This document shows positions 51,216 through 61,311 of a DNA stretch of 64,000 nt, piece by piece. The stretch is from positions 69,881 to 133,880 of the forward strand of contig NMRA01000791.1 of the NCBI GenBank assembly GCA_002633005.1, given 5' to 3'. Position 1 is the stretch's first letter. Each line of letters opens with the position of its first letter. Below the pieces are notes generated by a model that was not told where the DNA came from, made no database searches, and saw only the letters and a list, made by a program, of their open reading frames with translations. The stretch is from Phoronis australis. Lineage: Eukaryota; Animalia; Phoronida. The position numbers and the translations under genes were made by a program.

Positions 51216-52776
51216 TAGTCAGGTTCACTATGTCCAAATTTTGACATTCGTTGGAATTTTTTGAGGAAAGTGGAAACTATACATTTTTGAAACCTCATGG
51301 AATGACGAATCAGAAAATAATTGATTCCAATTTTTCGGTGGTCATTGGCGGCCATCTTGGATTTTCAAAAAGAGCAACCGACGTGTTATACGCTTAGAAA
51401 AAAACGATCACGAAAAAGCAGATGTATTGATAATACACTGTACATCATGCATTTCTGGCATCACATCAAAAGGTCCATCAATCTCAGCTGATGTTTTCTT
51501 TTCACCTGACACAGATTCACTGGTACTCGTCATTGCCTATTATGACAGGCTTCTCAGAAATACTTCAGTGCCCATGCCACCTGAGATTGTGGACAATATT
51601 AGGTGCTGTCTGGGCAAATAGCTCTTCCTGCTCAATGCGCAGCAAAATTTTTGTACTGCTTATAAAGTAACAGGTGAACCTTTTTTCACATTAGCCCCTT
51701 TTACACATGCATACTCACCACAGGGTAGACACAAATAGCATCCCAGAGCTGAGATGGTACCTCTTCTATAAACATATGGCTGCCAGCGACAAACGTCCAC
51801 CAACCATTGGTGCTTTGAAACAGCATGTGCTGAGGGCGTTTATTCAAGCCAGAGTGTGGGGCCAAGCAGTCATTGCTATACAGGAGTTCCTTGATCCACT
51901 GCAGAATGAATTTACAAGGACAAAGATGACCAGCTAAAACACTCACAACTGAGGAGCTTCCGGCGCCAGAGGCTATCATTGAAATGGTTAGATGCCATTG
52001 CAAAAACAATTCTTCTTCCCAAAGACGCTCTTGCCGATCAAAGGACCTATCTTACATAGATCTATGTCAGTATATTGCAGAATGTCAGAATGGTGACGAT
52101 GATGTGATTCCTGGTGACAGTGATACCTATAGTGATGATCTATAGACGGATTGCAAAGTTTTGAAGGGCTGTTGACACAACAAAAAAGATACTTTCATGT
52201 TCTTCAAACGTAAATAAGTTGTTAAGGTACTGGTATCTTGAAGGCAACAAGCTTCGAACAAAATATGCAAGAAAGTAAGATAGTGATCACGCGTCGTATT
52301 ACTTGAAGAATGCATTTAGAAAATGTGGCTGCTAATAAATGTGGTTTTGATCATGTTTCTCATTAAATAAGTTGCATTTTCAGCTTTCTTGAGCACAAAA
52401 ATGTGGGTTCAGGCATTAAAACTAACATTTTAAGTGACCCAAGAGCAAATATGCTGAGGAAAATGTATTTTACGGGACCATTTTTAAAAATCCAAGAAGG
52501 ATGCCAAAATGGCGCCCAAAAATCAATTCCTTGACCTGAGAAATGCAGGTGTAGCCATAAAAGCCAACATTCTTATTGATCCAAAATTGAAGATATTGAG
52601 CAAAATCCATTTTACCGGCGCCATTAATGAAAATCCAAGATGGCCGCCAAGATGGCCGCCAAAAATGGAATCAATTATTTTCTGATTTGTCATTCCATGA
52701 GGTTTCCAAAAATGTATAGTTTCCACCTTCCCCAAAACGTTCCAACAAAATTACATACATGTAACAAACCTGACTA
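51216..52776 (+). mobile_element. Non-autonomous Academ(X) derivative
   Basis: TAGTCAGGTT...AACCTGACTA termini, TIRs of about 150 bp, 3-bp TSD GTA/ATA. Absent from the paralogous block (ctGTAtattg near 6060). Remnants SPDTDSLVL (XPG-like), ELRWYLF..PPTIGALKQHVLRAFIQARVW and a decayed Cys cluster. Confidence 0.75.
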
Positions 52777-55755
52777 ATATATTAAAAAAGCAAGATTTCC
52801 ATTGCACCCCCAGACCTGAACATCCGCGTGTCGATAATTGTTGAAAGATCGCCAATTGCTGGTACCATGTCTGCTTATTCCAACCTCCTGTTGCGGAGAA
52901 CCGCCGAATAATGACGGGACAGGTTTTCACGGACGTAACGGGACAGGTTTTCACGGACGTAAGGTCGTTTTATCTTGGGTTGAAAAAATTTCACATTAAA
53001 TTTAGACCCTCTGAATAAACTAACCGGGGTCATTTTTTACGGTTTTATCATTTAATGATTCACTGGCTCGTCTGTGTATATTTCCACTCGGTTTCGAGTG
53101 AGAAATTCTGTATTTTGCGCATGGCTCTCAACCACCAAGACTGCGGAGGAAACAACGCATGGTCGCTCTGCTTAAACAATGTTGGCCAAACATAAAAAAT
53201 TAGTGGCAGCACCACTCAACTCCATGGCCGAACCAAAAAAACCCATAACTCAATGGCAGGACCAAGAAACACAACTCTTTGGCAGTAATCATATCTCTTC
53301 GGGCTCCCGGATTTTCGGACTGTTGCCGTAGAGCTCCCAGTGTTTTCCGTCATTACTGTCCAATAGCACTCCCCAATATGGCGTCTTATTGACAACGCGG
53401 ACTTCATGTACATGTATGTGAGTGGCGTGCCCTTTCTATAGTTTTAAGATGTCTATAGGTCCAATATTCAGGGAAATTTTGTCAAATCGCAAAGCCCACG
53501 ATGTGCCGAAGACGCCATGCCACGTCCCAAATAAGAGTGTTTTTTAAAAAATTGATCGAAATCCCCTGAAAATTAAGGGGTTGCCCAAAGAAGACCATTA
53601 TTCTGTGCAATGACACACGGATCGAGCGACACCTTCCATTAGTGTGCCCACTTCGGCTTCGGTAGAGAAGGGACACACGGACCTACAGCTGGAATACGCA
53701 TGTAAACTTGTCCCTTCTTGGTCAATGACACCTACCCAGGCATATACCGTCTTCCCCTTTGGCGGGCGACACAGGGACACATTCGCACACACAGACACGC
53801 GCACACACACGGAATAACATCTACCAGTAATGTATCAGACATATTGAGCGTCCCATAGACTGCTTGTGTATGACTCATTTTCCCGGAAAACCGACGGGGA
53901 CATAGGGACGCACGAACATGAAGACGGAATGACAGCTATCGTNTTCGATTCTATAGCTCAACAACAAGTAGGGAAGATGACCCTGTAGCCAATATCTTAC
54001 ACGATTGATTAACCCCATTAAGGCATTTAGGGTTGGAGGGGCAGCTCTCTTTTTGTTCGATAATTTCACTAATCTCCAATAAGATCGTATCTAGCCTGTC
54101 TGGGCTGTGCTGTTAAAAATAAAAGTTAAATGGTAACAAGTTTGAACACAAACCATTATCATTTCTGAATTCTTCATCAAATGTTGATCATTTTTAGTTT
54201 TTGTATCGCCAAAATAGACCAAATACAACCGAAGTTACGACCGTCTATTCTTTCCCAACGCTCTGGGTTTGACTGACTGTGTTCACTGGTGGTCTGTAAT
54301 AAGCCTCGTACATAATTGGCCAGCCTGTTGTCATACCAGACAAAAGACTGCGCTTGGCAGTTAACAAAGGAACTAGATGTTATCACACGCTCTCAGCCCT
54401 CTACGTCTGGTAAAGTCACTGAACGGGAGAACGCCGTCATGAGTTATGGGGGGCAAGGCAGAGTGTTAGCCAGGATTTTGCTCGTCAGCCATTCGCACCC
54501 CCGAATTGGCAAACGGAATCTTGGAGAATTTTAGGGGTACATGTCCCTCACACCTCAGCCATTGCACAGGAAGTAAAATTCAAACAGCGTGTCCCGTGAA
54601 GGAGACAATAGCTGCGTTGATGGTGGACTTAGGAACACGATCACTGGTTTGAATTCACACAGAGGTGATTAAACTTGAAAAAGCAATTTTTTATCGTTTT
54701 AGACCAGCTTTAAATTCTTGGAATACAAACATACTAGATGAGATTTTAGGAGGTTTCACACAGATTTAAGTATTTTCAACAAACACGTCAATTTTTAATC
54801 AACAAAAATTACTTTGCAAATAAAGACGGCCCTTGCGTACACGACTAGTAAATTTTAGAATCTGACTTCACCTGAATTTTGTTATTTTACGTGCACTGAA
54901 TTAACCAGATAGTCCTACCAAAGCCTCAGTAAAATAAGAAAACGCGAGTTCAATCACGCAAACGTAAACCCGTCAAATGATAAGTGAAGCTGCCTTTTCG
55001 TGTTCTGTTACGTCACCGCGAGATCCCAGCACAAACAACAAATGTTGTATTGAATAGGGGTCTGACTAGAACAGCATTGCGTGCGGGTATTATTCGCATC
55101 TGTTTGAATTAAAATTTGATTCTCGCGGTGGCATAGAAAAAAAGGAAGCCAATACCCCTAACAGTTCGTTACATATGGCAATTTGTGGCACTACGTAGTG
55201 GGCTCAGAGCGATGCTCTTAACATACTCATGGAACCAAATTTGCGGCTGTTACGGTTGAAGATAGGCTTTAAAAAGAAGCCTGTGACTTGACATGTATTT
55301 CTCAGAGTGCGACCAACATAAACAACTGCTTTACGTCGAGACCTGCATATAGCTCGTGAAGGTGAATAACCTATCTCAAGAACGTAAATATTTACGCTGA
55401 TGTCACGATCAGGTTGTGTAATTGACACATTGAGCAAGTGGTACAGCGACTACAAATAGATTAGATACAAGATCATCCTGGACAGCCAAGCAAGAGGATC
55501 CAGAAACTGAAATGGTGTGCAGCTCGAAAATCTATCGGATCCCTGTACAAACATCATTAACTCATTTTTATCATTTGTAGTTTCTCCCAGCTTATAGATC
55601 CAATATGAAACCTTAGGAAGGTCCCTGTTTGTGTTCACGTTCTGGTCACTTGTTATAGTCGATCACAATGTCACTGCATTTGCTCTTGTGCAACGTTCGT
55701 TCATTCGTTTTGTCTTTGCTTGGTGATGACACAAATTGTCCAGCACCACTAGGTA

Positions 55756-57131
55756 CAGTACAGCCACTGAATTTTTAGACTTCGTCCGGACCACCTCACG
55801 CCTGGCCAGACCGGAGCGCAACCGGAACGCAGGCGTGACAGAAATCAGTCACGGTCGCCTCACGCCTACTCTCCGGGTAGTCCTCACGCTTACCTCCGGT
55901 TTAGTTCACGCTTTCCTCAGGCTTTCTTCACGCCTTCGGTACCTGTGGTAACCATGGTAGGGCAATAATAATGTCTTTGACACTTGTCGTTTCGGACAAG
56001 TGTCAAAGACATTATAGTATATTATAGAGTATCTTTGCAAGCAGTCATCTATCACTCTTGGGTTCCGACTAACTTTGTAATTCCACGTGTTGTTCATACA
56101 AACGTCTTCCTTCAGCTCAACTTGTGTTACGGTTACATGTACATTTTCTATTTACGACTTAAAAGCCAGTCCCATCAACGACATACATGAACAGTAACCA
56201 CGGTTAGTAAATACGAATATACGCGACCCTGTGTCCAGAATCGTCTTTACATGGCAGTGGACTCCTTGAAACTTGTCACAGCTGGATATAGTTAATTTGC
56301 CCCAAAAATAGCCTACGCATCTTGTGAAGTATTGTGTCACTCCGTAAATTTTTGCACCGCACTGGCGTACAGAAAATTTCAATAGGCCGCCATTCTGACA
56401 TACCCATCCCTTACTGCAAGCAAATGTTTTGACTAAAAAGTCCTCAATCCGTAGTGCAGTTTAATTATTTGTTGCCCCCTCCCCGTAGTACATGCGTTTC
56501 GACTGAGTTCACAGTATTCTCGGGGTACTTCTTCACTAAAATAATAATAGCAGTGATCTGTTTGACTCATCAAATGTATGGGCACGATCAGTTTTCTCCG
56601 CATGAAGCTGGAACTTGGGATCACTATGCTCAGAATTGACATGCTATGCTCCTTCATATCGTGAAGGCAATTGAATATTTCCGCCATGTAAACGCGTGTT
56701 AAGATTCATTATTAGTTTATCTAAAAAATAAATAATTATATATAAGTGAAAAGTAGAGTCCACATGTCTGTTTCATGAAGTGACTTAAGATTTGAGAAGG
56801 AAATTTTGGTCTTTTGCTGAACGTGACGATTTCAAAAAAAAATAAACCTCACATGAGCAAAAGTCTATGAGAATAGACACATCACTGCATGTATAATTTT
56901 AATATATTACTTTTTCATCTGCGATGCAGGTAAACTCACGCCTGGCTCACGGCTGGCTCGCGCTTCGTTCACGCCTAACTCACGGTAAGTTCCGGGTACA
57001 ATCACGCTTAGGCTCACGCCAGCTGTCACGGTTGATTCACGTCTCACTCTCCGGCCTGTCTCCGGTCACGGTCACGGTTGGCTAGACCGGAGAGACACCG
57101 GAGAGAGTCTAATAATTCAGTGGCTGTACTG
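55756..57131. mobile_element. Tc1/mariner/pogo-type non-autonomous element (MITE), 1376 bp
   Basis: TA|CAGTACAGCCACTGAATTTTTAGACT...AGTCTAATAATTCAGTGGCTGTACTG|TA; subterminal clusters of TCACG/CCGG motifs; absent from the paralogous intron of copy B. Confidence 0.85.
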
Positions 57132-58972
57132 TATAATCACAAGGGACGGTGCTGTTGTCAAAAGGCGATGGTAATGAATAAGTACAGTATATGCACGCGC
57201 CCAGCGGAGTTCAAACTGAGATCACAATTGGTACTTTATTGAATACTGAGTCTGATTTTTTCGGATCGCCTGAAATTAGTAGTATGCACTACAGCGCACG
57301 CGATAACTCTTTCCAGCAGTACATGTACTTCACAGGAATGGAATATGAAATATTCTGCATGGGGAGTGCAAACAGTGAACACGTTCGCTTTAGCACACTG
57401 TAACATGTTTATTGTCTCCATCGGAGCCTAAAAATAAGACGTTCATACTTATGTTTACTTCGTATTTGAAATTTTTCTGTTTCCAAACGTCACTAAAAAG
57501 CATTTGCAGCACGTGAAACCACTTGCATGACAAACACCCTCTTAAAATGTAAACCGCAATTACGATCAGGAAGATGTTTGCTTGCAACAAGGGCTAATGT
57601 CCAAGTGTATGACATGACTGGTCTTTCATCGGACGTAGACTCGTACGACAGACTTCTCCTCCACCACTTGCGACAACGTCACATCATAAAAAATTGAAAT
57701 GAAAAAATAAAGCCTTGCGCCAATTTCCGGAAGAGTCTCGGAGAATAAACATTATTTTATCTGGCCAAATAGGTTATTTTTCTTTCACTTTAATTGTTAC
57801 AATGGAATCGATTCTGTACACCAATATACGTTTGCAAACACCTGGAGTTCCCTTAGACCATGCTGAGACCGCGGCCATCAGTGACTTTTCTGATTTGATG
57901 TACAAGTTAGCAGTCTGTTTTGACCCAGGCAACCAAACATCCACTCGTATGCTGTTAATAGTTTGCAATTCCCAGGGTTCACTGTCGTGTTCCCGGCAAT
58001 AATCACAAAACAAGATATAAATATTTGGATATTTGGTCAACTTTGCAAAGATGTACTGTACTAGGATTTTCACTGCCCAACGATTTGTTCTTAACATAGT
58101 CATTTAAGGCATCAAAAGTGAGGGCGCTATAGTCAAATGACGTTTATGTGTCTCCTATTGACAGTTGAGTATACTTACAGCTGTAAGATGTATTTGCATG
58201 TTCCTGACTATGCTAACAATGTATAGCAGGTACTAAACAACATTGTTAAATGAACACCATCTACGCTAAACAAAGTGCAGTTGCATTCATTCAGAACTTG
58301 TAAATGTGAAAACAAAAAATTCTGCAACTAGGTGAACTTTGCACTCATAATGACTGGACGTACCTTGTGTGCTCACATAAGCCGCATCATGCAGTGTTAT
58401 TCCCCAACTCCACGTTGTCACGATACCTACTGGACACGGTTGAGTGATTTACGGCGTATCAGATTCATCACAAAACTCAATCTTAAAACATTTAGCAATT
58501 TTCTGCCTACTTCATATTCACATTCATTTGCCGCTATAAGTTGATCGAAGCACGATTCTTAAAAGTAGGCCAGCATAGCCCCTGAACTGAACGCTTACTC
58601 CAGACTTTGTACTGTCATGCCTGTATCCGATATACGAATTGTTGACATTTCTGGGCTCGTGTCTAGCAAAAACTGAAGTATTTTTGCTCCGATCACTGTT
58701 GTACTGCATCTTCCGCACGTGCAAAGTTTCATAATACTCAGTCGAACTCGCTTGGCGAGATCACAACGGCTCGCCGCTGGTGTAGTAAAACACAAAACCT
58801 GAGATCGGATATACTGATCACGAAAAAAAATATGTTTTTATTTTTGCATATATTTTTTAATAAAAGTACCCACATTCAAGAAGAAATGCTAAAAATGTAA
58901 TGGTGTGATGGAGTTAAGAAATTCATTAGCAGCAAGGATTTCAACCGGTTTAAATCACTTTTTATGTTCAAG

Positions 58973-59267
58973 CTAAATGACGGTGGGGAATTCGTTCTCT
59001 CCGAGCTAAGCTTCAACAACTTCATTCGAAAGAGCTACCGTGTGTACAAAAGAGGGATATATGCTTCGCCGCCTATGTTTGACTTGGCGTCACCTTCCGA
59101 GAGCAAGATGGGTTACGGTCACGTGAGGTACGGAGAAGGCGGTGATGCAGGAGAAAGAGACAACACTGCATACACGAATCTTGGAGAACATGACCGAAAG
59201 AAGCGTGGAATAAGAATTCCTAAATATCTCTGGACGGGAGCAAGGATTCCTTACACCTTCAGGCCAT
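58973..59267 (+). CDS. Astacin copy C exon 2: prodomain, RKKR, astacin start
   Basis: LNDGGEFVLSELSF...[27 protein letters not shown]; same boundaries as 11702-11996. Confidence 0.88.
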
Positions 59268-60575
59268 GTGAGTGATTTCGATCCTCGTTTCTTAATCTGT
59301 TGTACAAACAAGTTATTTCGAAATATCGACATTTTTTTATTTGTGTTTGAACAGCAGTTAATTTTTCTTATACTATTCCGCCGATAATTTTGATAGATCA
59401 GCTCTTTGATACAAAACTTAATTCTAATAGCAGGTTCGGATGAATTAAAAGGTTTTGTGCAATAAAAAAATCTCACTGCCATGTTTTTAAATTTAGACTT
59501 TATGAAATGTTCAAGTTTATACACGTAAACTTTCGCCGACTTCGAGTTACCCTTTGGAGTCCACGAGCCGTCGAGTGCGTAAACCTCATGGGTGCGGCCT
59601 CGGCGTTGTTCACACCAAAAATGTACACTATTCACCATCGCCAAACAATTAGTGTGCCCAAAACTGAACCACGATAGTAATCGATGACTACACTCCTGTG
59701 GATTGGGCAGTTAACTACACTGCCAGTCAGCTCAGACAGGAAGCCGGTTTACTCAACATGTCATCCCCGTCGTCAGTTGCGCCTGGCCAAGATATCCCGA
59801 CGGGACCTCCAGCGTTCTCCTTTGACAAAAACCGTCTGTCGTGAGCAAAGTTTCACAAAAACAATCCATTTGATTTTAATTGGAATTTCTCTGAATTTTC
59901 GTTCCAGGGGTTTCTCTTCGCCCAGAACCGAATAAACATTGGTACTCACACGCGCACATGATCGCCTCAGTGGAAACCCGGTCTGGTCCTATTGTAGTTT
60001 GATTGCATCTGAATAAACCGAGAACATAGCATAATCTTTTTGTGGGTTTATGAACACATCTGTTGTCACTAGAATAAAAAAACTCAAAAAAGTATCACAG
60101 GATCGACTTCAAAGTAGTATGGAGGGCTTGACACTATCTTATATTCACCACTCTATTGTCGCAGGACGTTGACGTCATCGCTTTCAATGTCTCCACCTTC
60201 CATACAGGTTAACGCGACCTGTCGACCCGGTGCGGTGGACACAGCACGAGGTGATTCAAACACAGGCTGATTAAAATGAAATAGAAAACGGCTTTAAATT
60301 GGGTGGTACATGCCTTTAAGAATAATATCTACTTTCGTTTTCAGTACGTATACACGCCTATGTACGACGCACACATTTCTTGGATTGCTAAATATATGTA
60401 CACTGGCTCTAAATTTCGTTTTAGATGTTATAGATGAGGTTGAAATATTCAAGATGAAGTGACAACCCTTACCGATGATAGATATCAGTTGTTCTCCGTG
60501 AGCCTCGTACACTCTAAACGTTAATAATTTGATTCATAAATATACCATTGATTCAAATACCCCATTGTATTGCAG

Positions 60576-60714
60576 ATAAATACACATCGGATCAGAAGGC
60601 AAAAGTCTTTGCAGGCATTGCAAAGTTGAGACAGGCAACTTGTTTAAATTTCATTCACTATCAGTCTAGCACCCCCAATGAGCCCTATGTGAGGTTTTCA
60701 AGAGGAGGAGGTGG
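60576..60714 (+). CDS. Astacin copy C exon 3
   Basis: Same protein as 14068-14206; only 3 synonymous differences. Confidence 0.9.
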
Positions 60715-61311
60715 GTAAGTAACGGGAGCGCAACAGAATGATGTTGAACAAGCGATTATTTTCGATACTTTTGATTTATTCAGATCCAATTTCAAATATG
60801 ATCTCTGACAAACTAGAGGTGACACATTGCTCACCTACCACAAAACAATATTAATAAACTTCTTTATTGACTTGTTCACCCAAACTAAATTCTGCCAGTT
60901 GTTATGATCATGACTTCTAAGACATATAAATCTGTTGAGAGATAAAGGAATTAGAAACCTAACACACTTGCTCACAAAACGGTTCTTTGGTTCGAGGTGG
61001 GTGCTGTCTTCCAACGACCGTCAACGTGACCCAAAATAATGGTAACGCGTGCTGATTTACCAGAATTTATGAATGCGCACGTAATACCTCATTGAGTAAA
61101 CACGTCCTTTTAATGACTGAGAAATGACAGGCTGATTAACTGCCTGGTATTGGCCTGTAGTTTACACAGTTTGTTTTGCCAGATGTTTTAACGATTGGGG
61201 TACCCACAGCAGTTTTACATTCAAATTGGTCAGATGATGAGCTCACATTCTCATTTAAAGTTGCTATGAACCTTCAGTTTAACGTCTGATAAAGAACACA
61301 TAACGCTATAA

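Noticed and set aside
59090-59644. Antisense ORFs over exon 2 (also 11702-12061)
   Set aside because: Shadow frames of the real exon; starts and lengths are not conserved between copies.
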